From Solirubrobacterales bacterium (GTDB taxonomy: Bacteria; Actinomycetota; Thermoleophilia; Solirubrobacterales; 70-9): a stretch of DNA of 64,000 bases. The stretch lies in assembly GCA_035542315.1 (NCBI GenBank), contig DATKLT010000022.1:271-64270 (forward strand), given 5' to 3'. The notes beneath the pieces are model-generated. The model ran no database searches. It worked only from the letters and a program-made list of their open reading frames with translations, and was not told the DNA's origin. Shown piece after piece: positions 25,576 to 38,557 of this stretch. Each line of letters opens with the position of its first letter. Within the stretch, counting starts at the first letter, position 1. The translations under genes were made by a program, and so were the position numbers.

Positions 25576-26763
25576 TTGCGTGTGTTGGTTGCGGCCTTCG
25601 GCGACGCCGGGCACGCGTTTCCGGCGATCTCACTGGGGCGGGCGCTGGCGGCGCGGGGCCACGAGGTCGTCGTCGAGACCTGGGAGGAGCGGCGAGCGGC
25701 GGTCGAGAGCGCCGGGCTGCGCTTCGCCGCGGCCGAGGAATACCGGATGTTCCCGCCGCCGGAGCCGGGCTCCGGCGACGGTCGCCACGCCGCCGAGGCG
25801 GCCCGGGCGCTGCTGCCGCTGCTCGAGGACCTGCGTCCGCACGTCGCCGTCAGCGACATCCTCACCCTGGCGCCGGCGCTTGCCGCCGAGCGCGCCGGGG
25901 TGCCGCTGGCGACCCTGATCCCCCACATCTACCCGGTGGTCGAGCCGGGCCTGCCCTTCTTCGCGATCGGCCTGCGCCGGCCCCGGACCGCGCTCGGGCG
26001 AGCCGGCTGGCGGGCGGGACAACGGGCCCTGCGGGTCGGGCTCGAGCACGGGCGCCGCGACCTCAACGAGCAGCGCCGCCGGCTCGGCCTCGGTCCGATC
26101 GAGCGCTTCCACGGCGGCATCAGCCCCGAACTGGCGCTGGTCGCGACCTACCCGCAGCTCGAGTACCCGCGGCGCTGGCCGCCCGGGGTCCGCGTCACCG
26201 GGCCGATGGTCTTCGAGCAGCCCCACCCCGACGTCGAGCTGCCGCCGGGCGAGGCCCCGCTCGTCCTCGTCGCCCCCAGCACCGCTCACGACTCCGACAA
26301 CCGCCTGGTGCGGACGGCGCTGGCGGCGCTGGCGGAGGAGCCGGTGCGAGTGGTGGCGACGACCAACCGGGTTCGGCCGCAGCGCCCGATTGAGGTCCCG
26401 TCCAATGCCCTCCTCGTCGACTGGCTCAGCTACAGCCAGCTGATGCCGATCGCCTCGTTGGTCGTCTCCCACGGCGGCCACGGCACCGTCGCCCGCGCCC
26501 TCGGCGCCGGCGCTCCCGTCCTCGTCTGCCCGATCACCGGCGACATGGCCGAGACCGCGATCCGCGTCGACTGGGCTGGCTGCGGCTTGGCATTGCCGTG
26601 GCGACTGTGCCAGCCGGGGCCGCTGCGCTGGGCGGCGCGGCGACTGCTCGAGGACCCGGCCTTCGTCGCGCGCGCCAGCGAGATCGCCGCCTGGAGCCGG
26701 AGGAACGACGGTGCCGAGCGCGGTGCCGAGATGGTCGAGGAGCTGGCGGCCCGGAGGACGTAG
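25576..26763 (+). CDS. GT1-family glycosyltransferase (MGT/UDP-glycosyltransferase type)
   Basis: LRVLVAAFGDAGHAFPAISLGRALAARGHEV ... VSHGGHGTVARALGAGAPVLVCP. Start set at TTG 25576 (GTG 25582 is possible), because the track start lies inside the SDR gene. Confidence 0.8.
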   Translation: MRVLVAAFGDAGHAFPAISLGRALAARGHEVVVETWEERRAAVESAGLRFAAAEEYRMFPPPEPGSGDGRHAAEAARALLPLLEDLRPHVAVSDILTLAPALAAERAGVPLATLIPHIYPVVEPGLPFFAIGLRRPRTALGRAGWRAGQRALRVGLEHGRRDLNEQRRRLGLGPIERFHGGISPELALVATYPQLEYPRRWPPGVRVTGPMVFEQPHPDVELPPGEAPLVLVAPSTAHDSDNRLVRTALAALAEEPVRVVATTNRVRPQRPIEVPSNALLVDWLSYSQLMPIASLVVSHGGHGTVARALGAGAPVLVCPITGDMAETAIRVDWAGCGLALPWRLCQPGPLRWAARRLLEDPAFVARASEIAAWSRRNDGAERGAEMVEELAARRT

Positions 26764-26847
26764 TGCCTTGCCCTGCCAGCGCGACGTGGATAGGGTCGGC
26801 TCGACCTCGTCCAACTGTCCCGCAGCTCGCCGATTTGGAGGAACGAG

Positions 26848-27156
26848 ATGAAGTACTACGTCAGCGCCACGCCCGGTCCGATGCCGCCGCCGCCCGAGGT
26901 TTTCGACGCCGCGATGGCCTGGCTGCAGGCCAAGCTCGACGACGGAACCTTCGATTGCGTCTACGGATTCGTCGACGGCGGTGGCTTCAGCGTCGCAAAC
27001 GCGGGCTCTCACGCTGAGGTTTTTCGGCTGATGGCCGAGTTCCCACTGTTCGGCCTCTCCGAGTGGGACGTCCAGCCTCTGCTCGAGCTCGGTGAGGAGC
27101 AGGCGACGATCCGGGCGAAACTGGTCGAGGCTCAAGCGGCGATGGGCGGAGGCTGA
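26848..27156 (+). CDS. small hypothetical protein (possibly DUF3303-like alpha/beta fold)
   Basis: 102 aa. GGAGGA Shine-Dalgarno sequence upstream. MKYYVSATPGPMPPPPEVFDAAMAWLQAKLDDGTF. Confidence 0.5.
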   Translation: MKYYVSATPGPMPPPPEVFDAAMAWLQAKLDDGTFDCVYGFVDGGGFSVANAGSHAEVFRLMAEFPLFGLSEWDVQPLLELGEEQATIRAKLVEAQAAMGGG

Positions 27157-27177
27157 ACGCTCGCGCCCTTCACGAAG

Positions 27178-27250
<73 letters not shown>

Positions 27251-27293
27251 ACGCGCGGCCCGGAGCGAGCCGGGCGGCACGGAATGTACCGAC

Positions 27294-29099
27294 TCAGCTC
27301 CCGACCCGCTCCGCGTGGGCGATTCGTTCCACCAGCGCCGCCCGCTCGCGGCTCAGAGCGGCTCGGCGCTCGTAGTCGTCGCGCTCTCCGGCGGCGGCGA
27401 TCTCGTCCTCGAGCCGGCGCTGCTCGAGCTGCAGGAAGTTGAGCTCCATCGCCTCCTGGGAGGCGGGCTCCGCCCGCGCCAGCATCACCAGCTCGGTGAC
27501 GACCCCGGCCAGCTCGGGGTCCTGCGGTAGGTTCGAGGCCGGGTCGCCGGGATGCTCTCGCAGCCAGGAGGCCGCGCGAGCACCGCTCGCTGAGAGGTGG
27601 GCGTCGGTAAGCCGCGAGAGGTAGCCCCGCCCCTCCTCCGGCAGCGCGATGCACATCGCCAGCAGCGCCCGCTCGCGGCGCTCACGCGAGGTGAGCTGCG
27701 CCGGCGGCGTCGTCATCTGAGCCGGCGCCGAGCCGGTACCGCGAGCCACCGCCGTCGCCCTGGCCGGGCCCCCGCCCGCGTCCTCGCCGCCGCTGGCCGG
27801 CGTCGCTGCGACGACCCGACCCATCACCATCGCCGGCTCGAGGTCGAGCCGCTCGGCCACGCGCCGCACCAGCTCGTCGCGGCTCGCCGATTCGCCGAGC
27901 CCGGCAAGGACGGGCGCGACCTCTGCCAGCGCCCGGTCGCGTGCAGCCGGAGAGGCGACGTCGGTTGCCGCCAGCACCAACCCGACCTGGAAGTCGGCGA
28001 CGTCGATCGCCGACTCGACCAGGTCGCGAAAGCGCTCGGCGCCGCCCGGATCGGCCATCATCTCCGCCGGGTCGACCCCCGCCGGCATTTTCGCCACCCG
28101 CAGCCGCATCCGTCGCCCCGACGCGACCCGCTGCGCGCGCAGCATCGCCTCCTGGCCGGCGGAGTCGGCGTCGAGCGCCAGGACGACCTCGTCGACCATT
28201 CCCGAGAGCGTCGCCACCTGCTCGTCGGTGATCGAAGTCCCCATCGCCGCGACGGTCTCCTCGACCCCGGCCTGGTGCAGCGCCAGAACGTCGGTGTAGC
28301 CCTCGACGAGCACGGCGCGGCCGGCTTTGGCGATCGCCGCTTTGGCCCGGTCGACGCCGTAGAGGAGCTGGCTCTTGTGGAAGAAGTCGGTCTCGGCGGT
28401 GTTGACGTACTTGGCGCCCTGGTCGGAGCGCATCGCCCGGCCGCCGAAGCCGAGGGTGCGGCCGCGGCGGTCGCGGATCGGGAACATGATCCGCGAGCGG
28501 AAGCGGTCGTACTCCTTGCTTTCGCGGCTGCGCTGGACGAGGCCGACGCCGTGGAGCTCGGCGACGCTGAACCCGGCCTGCTGGCCGCGGACGAGGATCT
28601 TGTCCCAGGCGCTCGGCGCGTAGCCGACGCTGAAGGCGCGCAGCACCTCCTCCCCCAGCCCGCGCTCGGCCAGGTACTCGCGAGCGCGCCCAGCCTCCTC
28701 GGAATCCCAGAGGTAGGCGGCGTAGTAAGCGGCCGTGCGGTCGAGCAGCTGCTCGAGCCGGCGGCGTTGCACCCGCCGCGCCTCCGCCCGTGGGTCCTCC
28801 TGCTCGCGCTGGATCTCGACCCCGTAGCGGTCGGCGAGCATCTCGACCGCCTCGGCGAAGCCGAGTCCTTCCTTTTCCTCGACGAACTTGATCACGTCGC
28901 CGCCGGCACCGCAGCCGTGGCAGTAGTAGAGCTTGTCCTCGGGATTGACGCTGAACGAGGGCGTGCGCTCGTCGTGGAAGGGGCAGAGACCCATCATCCG
29001 CGCTCCCTGGCGGCGCAGGTCGGTGTGCGCGGAGACCACCTCGACGATATCGACGGTCTGCTTCAGCCGCTCGAGGCTCTCGGCGGAGATCAGCGCCAT
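27294..29099 (-). CDS. dnaG: DNA primase
   Basis: Zn-ribbon CPFHDERTPSFSVNPEDKLYYCHGCGAGGD. TOPRIM block VLVEGYTDVLALHQAG ... LALDADSAG. Confidence 0.95.
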   Translation of the reverse strand: MALISAESLERLKQTVDIVEVVSAHTDLRRQGARMMGLCPFHDERTPSFSVNPEDKLYYCHGCGAGGDVIKFVEEKEGLGFAEAVEMLADRYGVEIQREQEDPRAEARRVQRRRLEQLLDRTAAYYAAYLWDSEEAGRAREYLAERGLGEEVLRAFSVGYAPSAWDKILVRGQQAGFSVAELHGVGLVQRSRESKEYDRFRSRIMFPIRDRRGRTLGFGGRAMRSDQGAKYVNTAETDFFHKSQLLYGVDRAKAAIAKAGRAVLVEGYTDVLALHQAGVEETVAAMGTSITDEQVATLSGMVDEVVLALDADSAGQEAMLRAQRVASGRRMRLRVAKMPAGVDPAEMMADPGGAERFRDLVESAIDVADFQVGLVLAATDVASPAARDRALAEVAPVLAGLGESASRDELVRRVAERLDLEPAMVMGRVVAATPASGGEDAGGGPARATAVARGTGSAPAQMTTPPAQLTSRERRERALLAMCIALPEEGRGYLSRLTDAHLSASGARAASWLREHPGDPASNLPQDPELAGVVTELVMLARAEPASQEAMELNFLQLEQRRLEDEIAAAGERDDYERRAALSRERAALVERIAHAERVGS

Positions 29100-29115
29100 G
29101 CTCGTCAGCCCCCCA

Positions 29116-30096
29116 TCAGAACCGCGACTCCTCGGGGACGGTCAGCTCGGTGAACTTGGCGATGCAGTAGCGATCGGTCATCCCGGCGACGTAGTCGGCG
29201 ACGCGCTGGCACTCGCTCGCGGCGGGATCCAGCTGCGGCACCTCTTCGGGGTGATCGAGGTAGTGGACGAGGAGACCGCGCATCGCCTGCTCGGCCCGGC
29301 CGTTCTCGCGGCGCGCCTCGGGACCGAGGTAGACGCGGTCGAACATGAACTTGCGCAGGCGCAGCATCGCGCCGCCTATCTCGTCGCTCTGGAGGATGTC
29401 GCCGGCATCGCGCGAGCTCTCGACGATGTCGCGGACGAGGGTGTCGATCCGCAGGGAGCCGGTCGGGCCGAGCAGCTCGATCTCGCCTGCCGGCAGGTCC
29501 TCGGGGCGCAGGATCCCGGCCCGCAACGCGTCGTCGATGTCGTGGTTGATGTAGGCGACGCGGTCGACCAGCTTCACGATCCGGCCCTCGAGCGTCGCCG
29601 GCTTGTTCGGCCCGGTGTGGTTGAGGATCCCGTCGCGGACCTGCTCGGTCAGGTTGAGGCCGGCGCCGTCGCGCTCCAGCACCTCGACCACCCGCAGCGA
29701 GTGCTCGTTGTGCTTGAAACCGAGCCCGCAGCGCTCGCGCAAAGCGTTGTCGAGGGTGCTCTCGCCGGCGTGGCCGAACGGCGGGTGGCCGAGGTCATGG
29801 CCGAGCCCGATCGCCTCGGTCAGGTCCTCGTTCAGGGCCAGCGCCCGGGCGACGGTGCGGGCGATCCCACAGGCCTCGAGCGTGTGGGTCAGCCGCGTCC
29901 GGTAGTGGTCGCCCTCCGGGGCGACGAAGACCTGGGTCTTGTGCTTGAGGCGGCGGAAGGACTTGGAGTGGACGATCCGGTCGCGGTCTCGCTGGAACGG
30001 CGTCCGCAGCGGGCTGTCGGCCTCGGCCGCGGCGCGGCGCGCCGGGTAGGAGCGAGTCGCGTACTCCGAGAGGAACTCCTCCTCCTGAGCGCGCAT
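29116..30096 (-). CDS. dgt: dGTPase-like HD-domain triphosphohydrolase
   Basis: FQRDRDRIVHSKSFRRLKHKTQVF, RLTHTLE, GHDLGHPPFGH. Start set at the ATG behind GAGGA (30096); GTG 30126 is also possible. The rest of track ORF 29116..30597 is an R-rich artefact. Confidence 0.85.
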   Translation of the reverse strand: MRAQEEEFLSEYATRSYPARRAAAEADSPLRTPFQRDRDRIVHSKSFRRLKHKTQVFVAPEGDHYRTRLTHTLEACGIARTVARALALNEDLTEAIGLGHDLGHPPFGHAGESTLDNALRERCGLGFKHNEHSLRVVEVLERDGAGLNLTEQVRDGILNHTGPNKPATLEGRIVKLVDRVAYINHDIDDALRAGILRPEDLPAGEIELLGPTGSLRIDTLVRDIVESSRDAGDILQSDEIGGAMLRLRKFMFDRVYLGPEARRENGRAEQAMRGLLVHYLDHPEEVPQLDPAASECQRVADYVAGMTDRYCIAKFTELTVPEESRF

Positions 30097-30155
30097 CCGG
30101 TCCTCGAAGGTGGCGGTGGCAGGCACCCTTCGATCATAGGTGGCAGGCGCGCGGC

Positions 30156-30890
30156 TCAGGCCGCGGCCCGGAGCTGAACGTGCGCGTGGTGCTCCAAGGT
30201 CTCGCCAACTGCGCGTTCGACCTGGCGCAAGGCGAGCGGCTCGGCCGGCGGCGCTTCGCTCAGCGGCTGCGCCAGGGCGGCGACCATGAACCGGTGCGCT
30301 TCCTCGCCGAGCGGGAAGGCGTCGCTTTCGCAACCGGCGCAGACGACGCCGCCGGCGGCGCCCGAGAAGCCGACCAGGTGCTCGTCCTCGCCGCAGCGAG
30401 CGCAGCCCGCCAGCTCGGGGACGAAGCCGGCTACCAGTGCCAGCTTGAGGCGGAAGGAGAGCGCCGTACGCAGGTCGGCGGCGCCCTCGGCGACGGCGGG
30501 ATCGGGGTCGTCGAGCAAGGAGAGGTAGCGGCAGAGCAGGTTGTAGGCGGGCGGGTTCGCCTCGGCCGAGTCGAGCAGGCGGAGGACGGCGTCGCAAGCG
30601 CGGGCACCGGCGGTCAGCGCCGGCCCTGAGGAGCGCAGCCGCGGGTAGCCGTCGACGGTGGTGGCGCTGGTCACCGTGAGCAGCTCGCTGCGGCCTTCGT
30701 GGAGGAGGAGGTCGAGACGGAAGAACGGCTCGAGGCGGCCGCCGAAACGGGATTTTGGCTTGCGCGCACCCTTTGCGATCGCATTCAGCCGTCCCCGCGT
30801 GTTCGAGTAGAGATGGAGGATCCGGTCCGCCTCCCCGTAACGGATGCTGCGCAGGACGACTGCCTCGGTCTTGACGGTGCTTCCGGCCAC
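30156..30890 (-). CDS. recO: DNA repair protein RecO
   Basis: TEAVVLRSIRYGEADRILHLYSNTRGRLNAIAKGARK and the C-terminal Zn motif CARCG...CAGC. Confidence 0.9.
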   Translation of the reverse strand: MAGSTVKTEAVVLRSIRYGEADRILHLYSNTRGRLNAIAKGARKPKSRFGGRLEPFFRLDLLLHEGRSELLTVTSATTVDGYPRLRSSGPALTAGARACDAVLRLLDSAEANPPAYNLLCRYLSLLDDPDPAVAEGAADLRTALSFRLKLALVAGFVPELAGCARCGEDEHLVGFSGAAGGVVCAGCESDAFPLGEEAHRFMVAALAQPLSEAPPAEPLALRQVERAVGETLEHHAHVQLRAAA

Positions 30891-30917
30891 GTCATCAAAG
30901 ATGGCCGACGAACCGGA

Positions 30918-30961
30918 CGTAGGCGCCTTTTAGGTCCATATGGACCTAAAAGGCGCCTACG
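30918..30961 (-). terminator. 44-bp perfect palindrome (hairpin) overlapping the mutM stop codon
   Basis: CGTAGGCGCCTTTTAGGTCCATATGGACCTAAAAGGCGCCTACG equals its own reverse complement. It lies between mutM and recO. No U-tract follows, so a terminator role is inferred only. Confidence 0.5.
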
Positions 30962-31859
30962 GGCGTTTACGGCGCTTCGGTTTACGGCGCAGGCGGACCT
31001 GGCAATGCGGGCAGAAGTAGGTCGAGCGGCCACTGACGACGATCCGCTCGATCTCATGGCCGCAGCGGGGGCAGGGCTCGCCCTCGCGGGTGTGGACGAG
31101 GAACCTCTCCTGCATCGTCCCCTTCTCGCCACGGGCGTCGCGGTAGTCGTCGATCGTCGAGCCGCCGGCTTCGATCCCGGCCTGCAGCGCCTCGACGACT
31201 CCCTCGTGCAGCGCTTCGAGGTGCTCGGGCTTCATCGATCCCGCCGGCGAGAGCGGGTGCAGCTCGGCCCGGTGCAACGCCTCATCGGCGTAGATGTTGC
31301 CGACGCCGGCGATCCGCGTCTGGTCGAGCAGGAAAGACTTCAGCGGCGCAGTGCGTCCGGCGGCGGCCTCCCCCAGCACCTCGGGCGTGAACTCGGGCGA
31401 GAGCGGCTCGGCCCCGAGGCGGGCGAAACGCTGCGGCAGGTCGGCGTCCTCGATCAGGAAGGCCTCGCCGAAGCGGCGCGGGTCGGTGAACCAGAGCTCG
31501 CGGCCGTCGTCGAGGAGGAAGCGGGCGCGCAGGTGCCGGGACTCGGTCGTGCGCTCGCCCTGGTAGAGGAGGCGCCCCTCGGAGGGGTCGAGCACGTCCT
31601 CGCCCTCGACCAGGACGAGGTTGCCGGTCATCCGCAGGTGCATGACCAGGGTGCGGCCACCGTCGAGCGCCAGCAGCAGGTACTTGCCGCGCCGCCCCAG
31701 ACCCTCGATCGTCGAGCCGCTGACCTGGGCACCGAGTCGCTCGGCCGGCACCGGCCGTGACCAGCGCGGGTCGAGCACTTCCAGCCGCTCGATCCGGTGG
31801 CCTTCGATCTCCGGCTCCAGCTGCCGCGCGACGGTCTCGACCTCCGGCAGCTCGGGCAT
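30957..31859 (-). CDS. mutM: formamidopyrimidine-DNA glycosylase
   Basis: N-terminal MPELPEVETV and C-terminal zinc finger CPRCG...YFCPHCQ. Confidence 0.9.
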   Translation of the reverse strand: MPELPEVETVARQLEPEIEGHRIERLEVLDPRWSRPVPAERLGAQVSGSTIEGLGRRGKYLLLALDGGRTLVMHLRMTGNLVLVEGEDVLDPSEGRLLYQGERTTESRHLRARFLLDDGRELWFTDPRRFGEAFLIEDADLPQRFARLGAEPLSPEFTPEVLGEAAAGRTAPLKSFLLDQTRIAGVGNIYADEALHRAELHPLSPAGSMKPEHLEALHEGVVEALQAGIEAGGSTIDDYRDARGEKGTMQERFLVHTREGEPCPRCGHEIERIVVSGRSTYFCPHCQVRLRRKPKRRKRP

Positions 31860-31918
31860 CCCGGATTTCTACCCGATGAGAACGCACTACCTCCCGCATA
31901 GCGGGAGAAACTGCGTTC

Positions 31919-32890
31919 TCAGCCCTCGCTGGCGCGGGGGTGGGCGTCGAAGTAGACCTGCTTGAGGTGGTCGCCCGAGAGGTGGGTGTACATCTGCGTG
32001 GTCGAGATGTCGGCGTGGCCGAGCATCTCCTGCACGGCGCGCAGGTCGCAGCCGTTCTGCAGCAGGTGGGTGGCGAAGCTGTGGCGCAGCGTGTGCGGGC
32101 TCATCTTGCCCTCGAGGCCGGCGTCGCGGGCGTGGCGCTGGACGATCTTGTAGAGCCCCTGCCTAGTCAGCGGCCCACCACGGAAGTTGACGAACAGCTT
32201 CGCCTCCTCGCGATCGCCGATCAGCTTCGGTCGCCCTCCGCGAAGGTAGGCGTTGATCGCCAGGATCGCCTGTCGCCCGAGCGGCACCAGCCGTTCCTTG
32301 GAGCCCTTGCCCCGCGCCCGCAGCAGCCCCTCGTGCAGGTCGAGGTCGGCGAGCTCGAGCCCGATCGTCTCCGAGGCCCGCAGCCCGCAGGCATACATCA
32401 CCTCGAGCAGCGCCCGATCGCGCAGAGCCGTCGGATCGCTGCCCCGGGGCGCCGAGAGCAGCTTCTGCACCTCGGAGTAATTGAGGACGTGCGGCAGCTT
32501 CTTCGAGCGCCGGGGCGCACTCAGCGCCGCCGTCGGGTCGTCGCCGATCAGCTCGTCGCGGCGCAGGTGCTTGTAGAAGGACCGCAGGCAAGCGGCCTTG
32601 CGGTGGATCGTCGAGGAGGAGACCGCGGGGCGCTCCCCATCCCCCGTCGCCAGCTCGGCGAGGAACTCGGTGACGTCGGCCGGCCCCGCGGTCAGCGCGT
32701 CGAGCCTGTGGGCGGATAGGTATTCGCCGTACTGCAGGAGGTCGGTGCGATACGCGTTCAGCGTGTTGCGCGAAAGCCCGCGCTCCAGCTCCAGGTAGGC
32801 GAGGAAGTCGAGGACGAGAGATGAGAACCGCGCATCGGCGCCAGGCGCAGCGGGCGCAGAAGGCAGGGCAGGTTTGACGGCGATGGCCAT
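31919..32890 (-). CDS. xerD: tyrosine recombinase XerD-type (chromosome dimer resolution)
   Basis: [54 protein letters not shown]. Housekeeping synteny near pyrG. Confidence 0.85.
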   Translation of the reverse strand: MAIAVKPALPSAPAAPGADARFSSLVLDFLAYLELERGLSRNTLNAYRTDLLQYGEYLSAHRLDALTAGPADVTEFLAELATGDGERPAVSSSTIHRKAACLRSFYKHLRRDELIGDDPTAALSAPRRSKKLPHVLNYSEVQKLLSAPRGSDPTALRDRALLEVMYACGLRASETIGLELADLDLHEGLLRARGKGSKERLVPLGRQAILAINAYLRGGRPKLIGDREEAKLFVNFRGGPLTRQGLYKIVQRHARDAGLEGKMSPHTLRHSFATHLLQNGCDLRAVQEMLGHADISTTQMYTHLSGDHLKQVYFDAHPRASEG

Positions 32891-32923
32891 GGGGGCTCGT
32901 TCGCCTCGCGCCGCCCGAGCCCT

Positions 32924-33991
32924 TTACTCGCAACTGGCCGTGCGGGCAAGGAGCGTTCCCGCCGCCAGCGGTGCGGAGAAGAACAGCGGGTCGTCGGGCA
33001 GGGGACGCCCCATCGTGGTCGTCGGCAAGCCCGAGGCGGCGTAGGCGGCCGTGTCACCGACTTCCTCCAGGAGCTGATGACGGCCCCCGGTGGCTTTGAG
33101 GAGCTCGGAGGCAATTTCCTCATACCCAGCCGGGACGGCCACCTGGACCGGGGCCAAGACCAGATCGAGGACGGTGGCGGTGTGGTGGCTGAGGCCGCGG
33201 TGGCGGCCGCGGGGGTCGGCGCTCGACAAGCGCGGGGAGATCAGGGTCGGGAGACCGAGGGAGAGGGACGCATGGGCGTTGTCGAGGGCGGCCATGCCGC
33301 CGTGGCCGAGGGCGGTGTCGGAGCCGATGATCCCGGGGCCGGGGCCGACGAGGGCGGCGTCCCAGCCGAGCGTGGCGGCGGCGTCGAGGGCGCCGACCGT
33401 GCTCAGCGCCTCCTGCTCGCCGCCATATGCGGGCGCCGCGGTGATGTGACCGCAGAGCAGGCCGCGCTCACGCAGCTCGCGGACGTCGCGCGAGAGCGAG
33501 CCCGGCAACGCCCCTCCCCCGCTCTGCACGTACCCGATCCGCAGCCCCGGCGCCGCCTGCGCCGCCGCCCACGCGGCCGGCGCCAGGTGCCCATGCAAGG
33601 CCAGAACGAGCACCGCCCCCAATCGCGCGGTTCCCTTGTTGCGCTCAGCGCTACTAAGGAACCGCGCGTCGGGTGGGACGACTCCCACGGCGCCCTCGAC
33701 GGGCTCGACGGCGTGCTGGAGCGAGGTGTAGTTGAGCTTGATCACGTGCTCGTCCCCGCGCTCACCGCTGCCCAGGCCCCGGGTCAGGTTGACGTGGACG
33801 ACGTCGAAGCCGCCGCTGCCGAGGCCGAGCTCGACCGCGGCGACGTTGACGACGACCTCGTCGCCTTCGCGCATCTCCCCCAGCAGCACCTCGTCGGCCC
33901 AGGCGGGACGACGCTCGCCGGCGACCTCGACCACCAACGGGTCGGCGGAGACGACGACGCCGCGGCGCAGCTCGAGGCGGCCGCCGCTCAC
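32924..33991 (-). CDS. DUF3866-family protein
   Basis: LELRRGVVV...VVNVAAVELGLGSGGFDVVHVNLTRGL matches my recollection of the DUF3866 N-terminus. Confidence 0.65.
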   Translation of the reverse strand: MSGGRLELRRGVVVSADPLVVEVAGERRPAWADEVLLGEMREGDEVVVNVAAVELGLGSGGFDVVHVNLTRGLGSGERGDEHVIKLNYTSLQHAVEPVEGAVGVVPPDARFLSSAERNKGTARLGAVLVLALHGHLAPAAWAAAQAAPGLRIGYVQSGGGALPGSLSRDVRELRERGLLCGHITAAPAYGGEQEALSTVGALDAAATLGWDAALVGPGPGIIGSDTALGHGGMAALDNAHASLSLGLPTLISPRLSSADPRGRHRGLSHHTATVLDLVLAPVQVAVPAGYEEIASELLKATGGRHQLLEEVGDTAAYAASGLPTTTMGRPLPDDPLFFSAPLAAGTLLARTASCE

Positions 33992-35115
33992 GTCGCGGAG
34001 GCGTCCTCGCCGGCGGCGACCGCGGCGACGATCGCCTCGCAGACCCCGAGCATCTTCTCCAGATCGCGCTTGGTCACCGTCTCATCGGCGGTGTGGACGT
34101 TCTCGGTGCCGTTGGAGAGGAGGACGCAGTCGAAGCCGTCGGAGCGCAGGGCGTTGGCGTCGCTGCCACCGCCGATCGCAACCCGGCGCGGCTCGACCCC
34201 GGCCCCGCGCAGCCCCGCCTCTGCGAGAGCGAGCGCCGCCGAATCCTTCGGCAGCCGGTAACCGCGGAACAGCTCTTCGATCCGCACGTCGACGTCGCAG
34301 CCGTGCTCGCTCGCCCCCCAGGCACAGGCGTCGGCGATCTTCCCCGCCACCTCCGCCGCCCGCTCGGCGTCGAGACTGCGCGCCTCGGCGTGGATGCCGC
34401 AGTGGCCGGGGACGACGTTGCCCGAGGTGCCGCCGTTGATCAGGCCGACGTTGGCGGTCGTGCCCTCGTCGAGCCGGCCCAGGTCCATCCGCGTGATCGC
34501 CGCCGCGGCCGCCGCGATCGCGCTGCTGCCGTCCTCGGGCCGGACTCCGGCGTGGGCCTCGACCCCGTGGAAGTCGGCGAGGATCTTCTGCTGGGTCGGC
34601 GTGGTGTCGATCACCTCGCCGACTGGACCGGCATGGTCGAGCACGAAGCCGACCTGCGAGCGGAGCACCGAAGCGTCGAAGGCCTTCGCTCCGCGCAGCC
34701 CCTGCTCCTCGGCGACGGTCAACAGCAGCTCGATGCCGACCGGCCCGCGGCTCTCGGCATGGCGCGCCGCGAGCTCGACGAAGACAGCGACCGCTGCCTT
34801 GTTGTCGGCGCCGAGGATCGTCTCGCCGCGACTGCGGAAGACGCCTTCGTCGTCGATGACCTCGACTCGGCCCCGATGGGGGACGGTGTCGATGTGGGCA
34901 CAGAACATCGCCCATCCCTCCCCCGTCCCCGGCAGCCGCGCCAGCAGGTTGCCGGCGCCGGCTTCGGCGGGGCCAGCCGCGTCGTCCTCGCTCACCTCGA
35001 AGCCCAGCGCCCGCAGCTCAGCCGCCAGCGAGTCGGCGATCTCCCGCTCCTCGCCGGTAGGGCTCCGAATCTCGCAGAGGCGCGTGAAGGTCTCGAAAAG
35101 CCTCTCGCTGCTCAC
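33988..35115 (-). CDS. M20/M25/M40-family metallopeptidase
   Basis: Start moved to GTG 35115 (Val50), because the track start overlaps pyrG. CEIRSPTGEE, FCAHIDTV, GADNKAAVA, TVAEEQGLRG. Confidence 0.75.
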   Translation of the reverse strand: MSSERLFETFTRLCEIRSPTGEEREIADSLAAELRALGFEVSEDDAAGPAEAGAGNLLARLPGTGEGWAMFCAHIDTVPHRGRVEVIDDEGVFRSRGETILGADNKAAVAVFVELAARHAESRGPVGIELLLTVAEEQGLRGAKAFDASVLRSQVGFVLDHAGPVGEVIDTTPTQQKILADFHGVEAHAGVRPEDGSSAIAAAAAAITRMDLGRLDEGTTANVGLINGGTSGNVVPGHCGIHAEARSLDAERAAEVAGKIADACAWGASEHGCDVDVRIEELFRGYRLPKDSAALALAEAGLRGAGVEPRRVAIGGGSDANALRSDGFDCVLLSNGTENVHTADETVTKRDLEKMLGVCEAIVAAVAAGEDASAT

Positions 35116-35152
35116 GGCCGCAAGGCTAACCGTCTGACGGGGCAGCCGTGAC

Positions 35153-38544
<3,392 letters not shown>

Positions 38545-38557
38545 AAGGGGCTAAAGC

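Noticed and set aside
31919-32890. Tyrosine recombinase as a mobile-element integrase
   Set aside because: The XerD-type motifs, and the housekeeping neighbourhood it shares with pyrG and recN in other actinobacteria, argue for the chromosomal dimer-resolution enzyme. There are no flanking repeats or cargo.
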